From Asterias rubens (Eukaryota), in NCBI RefSeq assembly GCF_902459465.1, contig NC_047072.1:2914001-2977756 (forward strand): a stretch of DNA of 63,756 nt, read 5' to 3'. The position numbers and the translations under genes are program-made. This document shows positions 1 through 11,936 of the stretch, piece by piece. Within the stretch, counting starts at the first letter, position 1. Each line of letters begins with the position of its first letter. Under the pieces are notes generated by a model. It had not been told where the DNA came from, ran no database searches, and saw only the letters and a list, made by a program, of their open reading frames with translations.

Positions 1-181
1 GACAGGAAAGGGGATGGAGGTCCCTTTGCCCAGGAGTGGATATTCAAGCCGATAGCAGGTCTGATCTTAGGACGAATCTTGACCAGTATGTCACTGATGG
101 AGTCATTCTTAGTAACGGACTGCCAAGATATCAACTTCACTATTGTCAGGCCTCCAGGTCTCAGTGATACACAAGTCACGG
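1..181 (+). CDS. Internal exon (5' end outside window) of flavin reductase (NADPH)/BLVRB-like NAD(P)H-binding oxidoreductase
   Basis: Frame +1 DRKGDGGPFAQEWIFKPIAGLILGRILTSMSLMESFLVTDCQDINFTIVRPPGLSDTQVT; 'FTIVRPPGL' motif of atypical SDR/BLVRB family; phase-1 donor G|GTGGGT at 181/182. Confidence 0.75.
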
Positions 182-304
182 GTGGGTATTATTGCTGGAT
201 ATACATACCATTTATACGTCAATCTATTAAAAGGCAGTGGACACTATTGGTAATTCCTAAAAATAATTTTTACTCAGTAACGAGTAATGGGGAGAGGTTG
301 ATTG

Positions 305-591
305 TATAAAACATAGAAATGGCTCCCTCTGAAGTAACATAGTTTTTGAGGAACAAGTAGTTTTCCACGAATTTGATTTCGAGACCTCAGAATTAGGTCT
401 CAAAATCAAGCTTCTGAAAGCACACAACTATATGTGACAAGGGTTTTTTTTTCTTTGATTAATATCTCGCAACTTTGGCGACCAATTGAGTTCAACTTTT
501 CACAGGTTTGTTATTTTATGCATATAATGTTTAGATACAGCAAGTGAGAAGACTGGTCTTTGCAGTTACCAATAGTGTCCACTGTCTTTAA
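305..591 (-). mobile_element. Truncated copy of TTAA-flanked MITE family A (Kolobok-like), inside BLVRB-like intron
   Basis: Matches internal and terminal sequence of full copy 8141-8526 in reverse; ends ...CCAATAGTGTCCACTGTCTTTAA. Confidence 0.8.
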
Positions 592-831
592 ACATTAGAG
601 GTGTTACAACCAGTCCTGGAAAAAAAAATTCAATGAAACTAAACTAACTTTGTATCAGTATGTAACTGAACTCAACAGCAGCCATTTTGTAACTCAACAA
701 TCACACTAAACAATAACAACCAAGAGAGGGCGCTGTGCAGAATAGAAACTTTGCAAGTTACTAAATTAGTAGGCCCAACACATGACATTTTGTTTTGGGG
801 AAATTTTTTATTCAGATAATGAGCGACTAAT

Positions 832-972
832 TAAAGTTCCATTCATACTTCCTGGAATGCGATACAAATTTTGACATCACAAATTTGTAAAGAATTTAAG
901 TTTGCATCAGTTGAAACATTCGTTGCAAAAACAGCTATGTGCGCATTTGCAGGAAGAATGAACCTGACTTCA
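832..972. mobile_element. Small degenerate TIR element (MITE)
   Basis: Imperfect inverted ends TTCATACTTCCTG...CAGGAAGAATGAA. Confidence 0.35.
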
Positions 973-1093
973 GGCAAGGCAAATCACTCTTCTTCCAGTT
1001 ATGTGGTACTATTTTGTAAAGGGTTGTATTTAAACTACATTTAATGTCACAAATCCTCTGAATTTAATTACAAAATCATGTTTATCTTTGCAG

Positions 1094-1242
1094 ATAAAGA
1101 GTTTGTGACCGAAGAATGCCAGTACGTAAAAAGCCCCTGTGCCACACAGATGGCAAGAGCTGATGTAGCAAGATTCATGTTGTCAGCATTCGATACGTCT
1201 CTCTACGACAAAAAGGCAATTGCTATCTCGCTAGCCAAATGA
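1094..1242 (+). CDS. Terminal exon of BLVRB-like oxidoreductase
   Basis: Acceptor TTTATCTTTGCAG|AT (phase 1, compatible with exon ending at 181); DKEFVTEECQYVKSPCATQMARADVARFMLSAFDTSLYDKKAIAISLAK*; 'RADVARFML' matches the BLVRB C-terminal motif. Confidence 0.8.
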
Positions 1243-1361
1243 GGCTCCAGAAAACAATAATGGTAGACATTTGTTTCAATTCAATAAGACATTTATTTCA
1301 TATTGACATCATCAATGACAGTGAATATAATTGGTATATGAACAATTTTAAACAGTAGTTT

Positions 1362-1736
1362 TTAAAGGCAGTGGACACTATCAGTAATTGTCAAAGACTA
1401 GCCCTCACAGTTGATGTATCTCAACATATGCATAAAATAACAAATTTGAGCTCAATCGCTCATCGAACTTGCGAGATAATAATGAAAGAAAAAACACCCT
1501 AGTCACACGAAGTTGTGTGCGTTTAGATGGTTGATTTCGAGACCTTGAGTTCTAAATCTGAGGTCTCGAAATCAAATTCGTAGAAAATTATTTCTTTCTC
1601 GAAAACTATGGCACTTCAGAGGGAGCTGTTTCTCACAATGATTTATACCACCAACCTCTCCCCATTACCGTCCCCAAGAAAGGTTCTATGCTAATTATTA
1701 TTTTGAGTAATTACCAATAGTGTCCACTGCCTTTAA
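1362..1736 (+). mobile_element. MITE family A, full-length copy
   Basis: TTAA-AGGCAGTGGACACTA...TAGTGTCCACTGCCT-TTAA; TTAA flanks and AG..CT termini are typical of Kolobok non-autonomous elements. Confidence 0.9.
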
Positions 1737-1944
1737 CAGAATATTGGTATAAGGACAATTTTAAACAGTAGTTTTTAACAGAATCAATGTAACATGTTTA
1801 CAGTAATTAATCTTATACTTTTATTGAAGGGCACACTATTGACTGTAAACAAAAACACTTTATATTTTAACATGTAGAAAACAAGGTGAACACGTGACTA
1901 CAGCAACTCTGCAACGACTCTTTTTAATGACTGATAGCTTTCTC

Positions 1945-2331
1945 TAAAAGGAACACATTGCCTTGGATCGGTCGAGTTGGTCTTTGAATAGCTTTTGTAA
2001 CCGTTTGTTATAAAATGCATATGGTTAGAAAGATGTTGTAAAAGTAGAATACAATAATCCACACACATTTGCCCTCAAAATTGCGGGGTTTTCCTTTTAC
2101 TTTGCGAACTAACATGGTCGACCATTTATGGGAGTCAAAAACTTGACTACCATAAATGGCAGACCGTGATAGTCGACAAGGTAAAAGGAAAACCATGCAA
2201 TTTTGAGTGATACTTGCGTGGATCATTATATTGTACTTTTGAAATATCTTTCTTATACGCATTAATAACAAACGGTTATAAACGCTTTTCAAAGACCAAC
2301 TCGGCCGATCCAATGCAACGCGTTCCTTTAA
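1945..2331 (+). mobile_element. MITE family B (AAGGAACAC...GTTCCTTTAA), Kolobok-like
   Basis: Imperfect TIR GGAACACATTGCCTTGGATCGGTCGAGTTGGTCTTTGAA / TTCAAAGACCAACTCGGCCGATCCAATGCAACGCGTTCC; further copies at 22983 and 28618. Confidence 0.85.
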
Positions 2332-2725
2332 CTTCAAATTATCAGCAAGAAGCAATGTGAAAGACACTAATGAACATCTAAATTTAAATGAAATCATTGA
2401 TTGTTAATAATATTATTGTACTTTTTTATTTTATTTTTGATTTACTGTGACTGTGTTTTTCACTATTCTGAGAATATATTTTACATAATATGAGAGCCAC
2501 ACTGTGCACTTTGTGTTTAATTGTTTGTGAATGATTGTCTCTTTTCACAATAGTGTTTATAAAAGTTTTAACAGAATAGTATTATTAAAAACAAGAGTTA
2601 CACAATGATAAACAATTGCCTATGATCGCAATCACAAAATTTAAGGGATTTTTTACTCATTCTCAATATTTCCCTGTGTTGCAAGACACATTACTGAAGC
2701 CATTTGAAGCGACCACCACTTTTAG

Positions 2726-3029
2726 AAAGGCACTGGAGATGGACACATTGGGTACTGGTTGTCAAAGACCAGTCTTCTCACTTGCAATAATATGCATAAA
2801 ATAACAATTCTGTGCAAATTTTGACTCGGTTGGTCGACAAAGTCGCGAGATAATAAAAATTAATAATGAAAGAAAAAACACCCTTGTAGAAAAGAAAACT
2901 ACGTTACTTCAGAGGGAGCCGTTTCTGACAATGTTTTATAATATCGACAGCCCTCCATTTCTCATTACTAAGTAAGTTTGTATGCTCACAATTAGTTTAA
3001 GTAATTACCAATAGTGTCCAGTGCCTTAA
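2726..3029 (+). mobile_element. MITE family A, internally deleted copy
   Basis: Both termini recognisable; internal sequence shared with 8141-8526. Confidence 0.8.
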
Positions 3030-4199
3030 ATACGTGCAGTTAATTAGATAAGTATGGGCGCCACCTACTCAGTGGCGGCCGTCAGTTGTGTGGAAGCGGT
3101 TTTCATATGGACCATTTTCATGTGGATAATTTAATATAGCGCCACCATCGGATATTCATACCGTATTTAATATCCTTCAAGGACATAAAGGGCAGTGTGA
3201 CAGTAACTCTGTTCCCCACCCCCTGAGATTCAGCCCCCCCCCCCCCCCCCCATTAATGGCAAACTGTGTACAAACTTCATCTGATAGTGCCCTCTTTTGA
3301 ATCCTCCTCCTTCCAAGCGCATGTTATTTATTCCCATAATGGGGAAAAAATCTTCGGAGGACGGAATTCCCTGATAGGCAGTAGTCAAGTATGTACGGGG
3401 GACACCTGTGTACCCCAGACCTAAACTACACGAATGTTTTTGGGGTGTCTTTTCAATTGGAATGTTGACAGTGACAAAATGTGATGTTAGGATCCCGCTT
3501 CCAGTCCTGTGGTATCCAATGTTTGCTATCACACTTCAAATCCGAGATGGTGGCCAAAATGGCCTCCAAAAGTGGTAAATGTTAGGGAAAATTGTTTATC
3601 AGCCCAAAACCGTGATAGAGGCGTAAGTGAAATGAATAGATTAATCTACTCCAGACGGCCGACAAAATGGATGCCAAATTTGCCACCAACACGGAAAAAA
3701 TTATAAATTTAATTTTAAGAAAAAAGTCAAAACATAACAAAATAATTGTGCTCTTTTTGTATTGTGATCAGTTTGTATGCCTTCCACTTTGATCTATCAA
3801 TCATTAATTATCAAGACCGCAACAGTCCAATACAACCTCCCATCGATGTTAGGTTCTTGAGTTTGGTCATAAAATGTCGTAACTCAGCAGCATACCATAA
3901 CCAGCCAGAATGGGTGACATTTTCCTTATGCCATGACAGTTGTAGGGATGTTACACAATGTGCAATGGAAGCTTCTGAACCACACCCTGTAGCTCTGCAC
4001 GACTCTTCGATACCTCTTTCAAAGAAGACAGCTATAGATACACTCCTTAACAGGCTAGGTCATTGTGAGAACTATCTGTTTCCTTGGAGTTGGAAAAAAC
4101 AGTTGACGTTGCAATCTAGAACTTACATCAACAATTAATTGTAAAATTCCCAGGGACTTATATTTTGCATTCATAAATACCTAAAACAGTTTATCCATT

Positions 4200-4779
4200 C
4201 TGATTGGCCTAGAGGGCTTAGATAAGCTAGCTAACTGGTCCAATGTCAATGAAATGACTTTCAACATTAGTAAAACCAAGGTCATGCAGGAACCTTGACT
4301 CAATATTGTACAACCTAGGTACTCTTCCAATATAATCTACCAAGTCGTTTCAGTACCTAGGGTTAATTACACTTGATTCCAAACTTTCATGGGCTACTCA
4401 TACCTCCTCAGTAGTTGCCAGAGCCAACCGCATGTTAGGTTTCATCAGAACAGTTGCTAGAGGGTCCTCCAGTTGCGCAATTTTCTCACTGTACAAATCT
4501 CTTGTTCTCCCAATTTTAGAGTATGGTCTCCCAGCATGGCATCCGTTTACATTATCGCAACAAAATCAGCTTGAAAGGGTCCAAAGAACTGCTACCCGGC
4601 TTGCTCTTAAACAAAGGCGCGGAGTAATGTCTTATGAGGACAGATTGCAGCATCTTCACTGGCATCCTCTAACTAACAGGCGTAATTACTTGCTCAGTGC
4701 CTTTGTGTTCAAGGTTTTACATGGCACTGCTCACTGCGAATCCATTCTTACCGGGGTTTTCATTAATCCTCGTCATCTT
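4200..4779 (+). mobile_element. LINE (CR1/L2-group) ORF2 3' fragment
   Basis: ORF 4432: MLGFIRT..LYKSLVLPILEYGLPAWHP..LERVQRTATR..SYEDRLQHLHWHPLTNRR, typical region downstream of the RT domain; degenerate 'W..N.M.FN..KTKVM' upstream; reading resumes after the insertion at 5781. Confidence 0.85.
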
Positions 4780-5780
4780 GACCCCGTTTACACTAGATCC
4801 CGTAAGCCGGATCAGACCCGGATCGAATCCGGCAAGGTGCTAAACGCAAAAATGCCGGGCCAGACCCGGGTCCGTATCCATCAATTTCAATCCACCTTTT
4901 GAGGAGGGTTGAATCCGGCAATTGGTGGATTAAGGTCCGGCAATGTGGATTCAAATACAAGTGTACACGCAAAGGTGGGTTAGACACGGCAATTCGAGGT
5001 GGTCATTTCCGGTTTCGTTAGGAATGGCGCGCTTTTCTCTTCGCCGAATTATTATTTTGTGAGCGTCTTCGTTGTTGTGATGGATGGCATTCACAGTGCA
5101 CATGGGCTGTGCGTGTGTGAAACGTTTTGTTGTTTTTAGCGTCCCTAAAATACATACATTGCTACCTTCGGAGCTTGCCTTGTTGCTGTATTTGGTTAAA
5201 TTTGCTATCTATTGTACCTCCATTGTCATTGTTGACTGAAACATTTACACGTTTTGGGAGTAAATAACATGATTTTCGAGAGTGAACTTTTCAAAATATC
5301 CCAACAATCTTGACAACTATAGCTCGTTTGAGAAGTACACCCGTTCTCATAATTGTGGTCGAACAAATGATTTGCAACGCTACCACGTAACGTGATCGAG
5401 CACATGCACAAACGTTTGGGTACGAAAACTAGATTATATTGATACAACTGAATTGGTGCCAGACTGATTTACTCGACGCTCCGGCCGAGTACAAGAATCT
5501 TCACATAATACTTTTCTTTTTCGCCAATTGTTACAGATCGCTCCGTCATTTATCTTTGTTGATGTAGGCCTACATGTACCTTGAAGAAAGTATGGCGCGC
5601 TAAAATCGTGAACCTTGAGCTATTTCCGAGGAGCGGTGACGTCACTGCCAATAAACAACCTGTTTAAAAGTGTGATCGGAGCCGGATTACTGGTGTAAAC
5701 GCGACAATGGATCGTGATCCGCGGTCGTAAAAAAATGAAGAAACTCAATCCACCTTTCTGGATCTAGTGTAAACGCGGTC
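4780..5780. mobile_element. 1-kb non-autonomous TIR element with 3-bp TSD (PIF/Harbinger-like) inserted in the LINE
   Basis: 21-bp TIR GACCCCGTTTACACTAGATCC / GGATCTAGTGTAAACGCGGTC (1 mismatch); CTT duplicated at 4777-4779 and 5781-5783; subterminal (A/G)TCCGG motifs. Confidence 0.85.
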
Positions 5781-7502
5781 CTTGACTCACTCACATTCCG
5801 CCATCTTTCAGCTCGTACCGACCCCATTGTTCCATTCACCCTCCCATTTATACGTTGTTTCAACATTAAGTTTCTATGCTGAAACAACGTTGAATTTGCA
5901 AATCGTTTTAACGTTGAAATGCCGACGTAAAAACAACGTTAAAATCACAATGTAGAAACAATGGCTCTTTAATTACCTAATTAATTAACTATTTATTTAT
6001 TTATTTATTTCAGGTAATTATCATGACTACAACCTATCAAGGTCAATACATTTATACACACTGTATGTCTTGTATATATGTAGACCAGGATCCCTAAATT
6101 TTCAAGTCATGGTTTTACTCCGTTTTTAGCTAAAAACTGCTTAATTATTAATTTAAATGTTTAAATTACAAATTTTTGCTTGGACTTTTGTTGTTCGTAT
6201 TTTTTTACATTCGAATTAAACACAAAAGTACAGAAACTTCCCTCGGATAACTTAATTATACCAAATTGTTTTATTATCAAAAACACACTTCTAGGCCACG
6301 TGACCCCAAATTTGCATATTATGTCAACGTTAAACCAACGTTGGATCAAGGTATTTAGAAATGCTCCCCATAGAAAACTATATCACAGCGCTTACAAAAA
6401 CTTAATGCACATTAAACAACAAAAACTTAGCGGAAAAGCTACATACACAATGTTCGAAAAAATGAGAAAAAGAGAAAAGCTTAAACAGGGAAGAGATGTG
6501 TTTTCAGAAGTTTGTTTAATTGGTCTGTGGATTTGTCTTAACTTCCATGCTGTGGATGCAGTTACAGTGAATGTGCGATCGCCAGATTGCTACGGGTCCT
6601 ATAGGAATGGTAAGCAAAAATGGATCTCGAGAAGAGCGAAGACTATGGCGAGATGGGGTATGAAATGTAAAGCAACCCTTGATATTATAATGGCGTCTGG
6701 TCATGGAAGGCTTTAAAAACAAACAAAAGTACTTTGAAGAGAATTCTTTCTTTTATACGGGAAGCCAGTGGAGACATTGGAAAGCAACACATTATGCTTT
6801 CCGCTATTGCTTTTGAATCCATTTACAGGAAAGCAGTGATTGTGACATGGCCTTCACAGATAATTTCGCCGGCCTTATCCCGAAATCTCTGCCAGCAAGT
6901 TGTATAATTTTATTCAGAACACAAAAATTGTGTCACATATTTTGGTGAGTGCACGAACCCTTCCCACCGAGACATAAATTTTCCACAAAAGATGACATGT
7001 TCATGCCACAATGATTATAAAATAAACATGGCAATTTGTTAAACTGCCCATTGGAAGGATGAGCATTGATTTTAGTTGGTTATTATGCAATGCAATAACA
7101 ACCTTTATCCAATTTGTGAAACTACCTCGACTTCGTCTCGGTAAAATTATCAAGAACCAGGCCTCGGCGGGGTTAAACCACTAGGTGAAAACCTCTTCAC
7201 CACACATTGATTCCCTTATTGTGTGTTGGACAATTTTTGAACATCCAGCTTCTCACTGAAACTTCATGTTAGGCCTGCCTCGGTTATGAGGAATGACAAG
7301 AAGCTAACACCTGATGAAACACTACCGATCACCCTCACTCCAATCCCCAGACCTAAAAAATGGACCGTTAAACTGAACACTCCTCCTCCGTTGTCAGCTT
7401 ACCACATTTTAACAGCAAAAGCACTATAGGATGATGCCATCAACAAGTACCTGGTCAATTTCAAATTGTGCCAAAAGTGCACGAGCGATATCACTCACTC
7501 AC

Positions 7503-7755
7503 TCTCTACTGCATCTAGACAGCTGGGGTCCGCTGTGCTAAGCTCCTATGTCCACGCTTAGTAGTTAGGTTGCAGAGTATGTCAACCTTGTTTGGTGGAC
7601 CCAGTTCATCAATTCAAGATGTTATCGGGCGGCCTTGTGCTTGTTGGATTCTGCATCTATAGACAGCTGGGGTCCGTTGTGAGGGGGCAGTGGGAACCCA
7701 ACGAGATATGGCCAGGATTTAAGGTTCAAGAGTATGTCAACCTTGTTTGGTGGCA
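7503..7755. repeat. Diverged direct duplication (~145-165 bp offset)
   Basis: CTGCATCTA..GACAGCTGGGGTCCG and AGAGTATGTCAACCTTGTTTGGTGG each occur twice. Confidence 0.7.
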
Positions 7756-8140
7756 ATTTTGACAACAATTTTGGTTTTGAGGCAGCCATTTGTCGGCCGT
7801 CTGGATTTTGGACAAGGTAGCAAAATAAAGTGTAAGAGGGTTAGAAAAATACATTATTCTATTCATTTCAATTTTGCCTGTATCACAGTTTGGGGCTGAC
7901 ATACAATTTTTTTCGTAAACTGTACCATATTTTTGGCGGCCAAATTTGCGCCAGTGGCAACCATAAATTTAGTGGATTTGAAGCATGGACAAGGAAGTGG
8001 AATTTAAGCAAAATTTGTAATATAACAAACATTTAGAATTACGTTTTTATTACTTATTTGTTATCTTGTTCTCAATTATTACTGATTGTCGTAGTTCACG
8101 AGGGGTCCCCCGTATAATTACTCCATACATTGGCAAAGGC

Positions 8141-8526
8141 TTAAAGGCAGTGGACACTATTGGTAATTGTCAAAGACTAGCCTTCACAGTTAGTGTATCA
8201 CAACATAATGCATAAAATAACAAACCTGTGAAAATTTGAGCTCAATTGGTCAAGTTGCGAGATAATAATAAAAGAAGAAAACACCCTTGTCCCACGAAGT
8301 TGGTTGCGTTTAGATGGTTGATTTCAAAACCTCAAGTTCTAAATCTGAGGTCTCGAAATCAAATTCGTGGAAAATTACTTCTTTCTCGAAAACTATGGCA
8401 CTTCAGAGGGAGCCGTTTCTCACAATGTTTTATACCATCAACCTCTCCCCATAATACTCGTCACCAAGAAAGGTTTGATGCTAACAATTATTTTGAGTAA
8501 TTACCAATAGTGTCCACTGCCTTTAA
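8141..8526 (+). mobile_element. MITE family A, full-length reference copy
   Basis: Perfect TIR AGGCAGTGGACACTATTGGTAATT / AATTACCAATAGTGTCCACTGCCT flanked by TTAA on both sides. Confidence 0.92.
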
Positions 8527-8727
8527 ATAGTGCTTAGAGACTGTTATGTTGACTACTTTTTGTTTAGTCCAATGGGTGCACTTTCCATAGCCTTACCCAA
8601 TCTTGATATTTGGATCCACAGCAAGGAAAATGGCGGTTGTTTGAACTTGATCCAGAGTCACAGTTAATGCCCCCCCCCCCTCCCCACGATCCCGATACCC
8701 CTGTTCTATGGTGTCATTCATTGTGCC

Positions 8728-9000
8728 TCAAGACTCGTCAATCATTTCTTGGCCCGTTCCTGGCAACTGTATGACAGCTGGTGCTTGTACATCCGTCACT
8801 CGCTGACTCCTTCGCTTCTGCCATACATTGACCAGCATGGTCCTCCATAGATGTCGTACACTCGCCTTGCATGTGAACACAACCATGAGTGATACACCTT
8901 GGAAGGAGTTGACGAATGCAGCCAAGTACCACACCGGGACGTACTGCAGCCAGTTGGCAAGGGCAAAGAGAAGCCAGGTGACCCCTGTTATCAAGTAAAG
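8728..9000 (-). CDS. Terminal exon (TM6-TM7, C-tail) of somatomedin-B-domain family-B (Methuselah/adhesion-like) GPCR
   Basis: Acceptor CTTCTTTGGTTCCAG|CTT phase 0; LYLITGVTWLLFALANW..WYLAAFVNSFQGVSLMVVFTC matches 7tm_2 TM6/TM7 (G.TW; NS.QG); TGA at 8728. Confidence 0.9.
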   Translation of the reverse strand, partial: LYLITGVTWLLFALANWLQYVPVWYLAAFVNSFQGVSLMVVFTCKASVRHLWRTMLVNVWQKRRSQRVTDVQAPAVIQLPGTGQEMIDES

Positions 9001-9380
9001 CTGGAACCAAAGAAGTATTTGATAAATGATAAATTTAATAACTTTACTCTTGAAATAAAGATGGTTCTCAGAAGAGCAAATTCTGAGCACATTATTGAGA
9101 AACAGAAAAATCAGAAAACATTATGAGATTACGTAGGTCTTTTAGGACGCAAGGTGGCAGCAGACTTACCATTGCTCTCGGTAATTTTGCTGGAACCAAA
9201 GAAGGATTTGATATAAAAAATTTAACAACTTTATTTTTGAAATGAAAATTAATGGTTCTCAGAAGAGCTAATTCTGGGCATATTATTGAGAAACAGAAAA
9301 ATTAGAAATAATAATGAGATTATGTGGGTCTTTTAGGACGCAAGGTGGCAGCAGACTTACCATAGCTCTCGGTAATTTTG
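9001..9380. repeat. Tandem ~190-bp duplication at the 3' end of the GPCR intron
   Basis: CTGGAACCAAAGAAG...AGGACGCAAGGTGGCAGCAGACTTACCA..GCTCTCGGTAATTTTG occurs at 9001-9189 and 9190-9380. Confidence 0.9.
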
Positions 9381-9606
9381 CGCATGCTTAAGCCCTTTTT
9401 GCAACGACGGCTTCGGTTTTGGATTCAGCTCAGGCTAGCTTGGCCCGGCCGGTTGATTTGACAATTTTGCGTGTGCCTTGCGTATGCGCTACGCGCTCAG
9501 GGCACGTTTTATCCAATATCATTGTATCCAATGGAATCACTGGATCTAAATAGCAGGTATCTCTTTTTATCCTTGCGGATAAAGACATGGGCCCATAGTT
9601 CCTTAC

Positions 9607-11936
9607 CTTCACACAAACCAGCAGGTCACTTCTGTCTTTCTCTCGCCTCCCATGATTCCTGACACGATTATTAGAGTACACAATGACGCCGATTGTGTAG
9701 ATAAGGCAAGCTGAGTTAACGGAGAGGATGACGGCTACCGGTAAACCGAACGTGATCAGGGAGTGTTCCAGACTCTCAATCCAACAGAAGGTCCCCCCAT
9801 AGTGCATCCCTGTGGATGGATACAGACTCGCCACGAAGCACGCTGTAACGAAGACGAAGGGGCAGCCCCAAGCATACAGGCTAAGCTTGAATAACACTAA
9901 CCGTTGTTGAAGATTATCACGCCTTCGTGGTACTTGATGAAGCTTGATGGCAAGGCTTCCTGCTATGACGTTCATCCAGCAGAAGACAACCAACCAGGAG
10001 AAGTGAAGAAACACAGCTCTCAATGTACACAACCATGGAGTGGTGGTATTCCCAAGGAGGAGTGTAAAATCAGATATGATCAAGGCCACGACAAGGTGGA
10101 TCACACAGCTACCGGGAAGGGTACGTAGTGATGGGAAGATGCAGTAGGTAACCAGAGTGAAAAGAAGACCTCCTAGTGAAAGAGACTCTCCAATCTTACT
10201 CAACGTGTACAACGACTCAGGGAACAGATCTCGAATTGATTGGCCGGAGTCTGTGAGATTACACACCTTGACCAGATTACCCGGTAGAAGCCAAAATTCA
10301 GTCCAGTTCAGAACGTGACCAGAAGACGTGTGAATAAGTGCTTCCCTTGACTGGTCCATCTGAAAATAACTTTGGTTCGTCACGAAGCAGTCATTCTGGT
10401 CACCTGCAAGAGGGCTGCATACCTTTACAGAAGATGACGTAGATACAAATAATGCATCGTAAATAAAATGGCTATTATTGACTCTGAATGTGGTTTGGTG
10501 AATAAGATCCCTTTGTTTGAATGGCAAGTCATTTTCCAGATATACCGAGAAAGTGTAATTGTCTTCCCGAGACACCTGCTCAAGATTTACGTTTTCAACA
10601 ATGTATCCATCACACTCCGGTATCTCTGGATGTGTTTCGTTGATTGGCTGCTCGGACATGATCAATGTGACGTACGTAATGACGTCATCACTCCCCTCGC
10701 ATTGAAATGCATCCCCTTGAGGGTCGAACCTCTGTTCCAGGAAAGTTTCCAAGGATTCCAAAACGCGCGAAGCTTCCTCATAGTGAGCTAAGACAACCAA
10801 TATAAATGACGGTTTTGCCCGAGAAGGAATCGAGCGACTTGGTGTGGTTCTCGCTATCCACTCTTCCAACCCAATGGCAAATATAGCAATCGGTAAATGC
10901 AGGTTATATAACGTCGTCTCCAAATGATTCCCAAGACACAGACGGGATTCATTGAGTTTTACAGGGCCAAAGGTAGCAACTTCATCGACGGATCTATACG
11001 GAATGGGTCTGCAAAAAAGTTCAAATGGATCAAACAAAGTGTTTGGACCGCACTCTCCATGTCGTTCGATGATGCCATTTGCAAGAACACTTGTATGAGA
11101 CTCGCCACCAGGTATTCCACCAAAATAAAACAGAATCAACAGACTTCGTTCAAGCAATTGTCCAAAAAAGGGTTCTGGTATGCATGAGAATGATGTATTG
11201 GGAAATGCGTTACAGTCGATACATGTAGGGTTTTTCACAGCTAAGCGGTTATTAACGTCAAATAAGAAAGCAGTGATGTCGTGACAAGTGCTTTGGTTGG
11301 TCTGTGGCGTGGAGTTATTTCCAGACGTTGAAGGGCAATAGTCAATGAAATTGGGCTGGCACAGGTGTGGGTCGGCGGACACATCGTCGGGAGGCAATGC
11401 CAAAAAGCATTGACCCTTTTTAGGGCAAAGGTACACACCCGAGGACCACATTTTAAGAGTACCAACATCTACCCCATGACACATGGCACAATAGATGTTC
11501 CTGAAAACAGTTCCATCCGGACCGGATCCGTACAAAGAAAAGAACCTTTCGGAGTTGAGTCCAACGTCCTCACAAAAGCCTCTAACCTCATCCGAAAATG
11601 TCCAATGTTCCGGACATCTTGTGACAGCCCAGTAACTATCGGTAAATGAGTAATAATTATCTTCGCTGTCCTGTTGGGTCAAACAGCTCACATACGGGGA
11701 GTAGACTGAAGCGGTAATGGGTTGCGTTTCACCGACGTCTTGTTTGACACAGTTCTCCCAATAATCTTGACAGCAGTCATTGTAGAGGGCGCATCGGCGG
11801 TCGCAGCGACAACTGTAACGAGGCTCTGTTGGTGATCGGGAATTAATAATGACACCCACATTGTCTGAGATTCTGTCTCCGCAAGACGGTCCACAGAGGT
11901 ATATAGATTCATCACACGGTAAAGTGACTAGCTCCC
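9607..11936 (-). CDS. Large exon (SMB domain, Cys-rich glycosylated ectodomain, TM1-TM5) of family-B/Methuselah-like GPCR
   Basis: Uninterrupted ORF; SMB motif SCRCDRRCALYNDCCQDYWENC; TM motifs LRTLPG, C...AVFLHFSWLVVFCWM, YAWGCP, YGGTFCWI; acceptor TTTGCAG|GG (phase 1) at 11936; donor AAG|GTAAGG at 9607; signal-peptide exon not found. Confidence 0.92.

Noticed and set aside
2008-2397. Small ORFs in MITEs (also 8246, 22983, 23096, 24323, 43352)
   Set aside because: They are chance frames in non-autonomous repeats and are not conserved between copies.
9430-9606. C-terminal 58 aa and N-terminal 14 aa of the 848-aa ORF as real protein
   Set aside because: They lie beyond consensus splice sites (donor 9607, acceptor 11936) and are intronic read-through.
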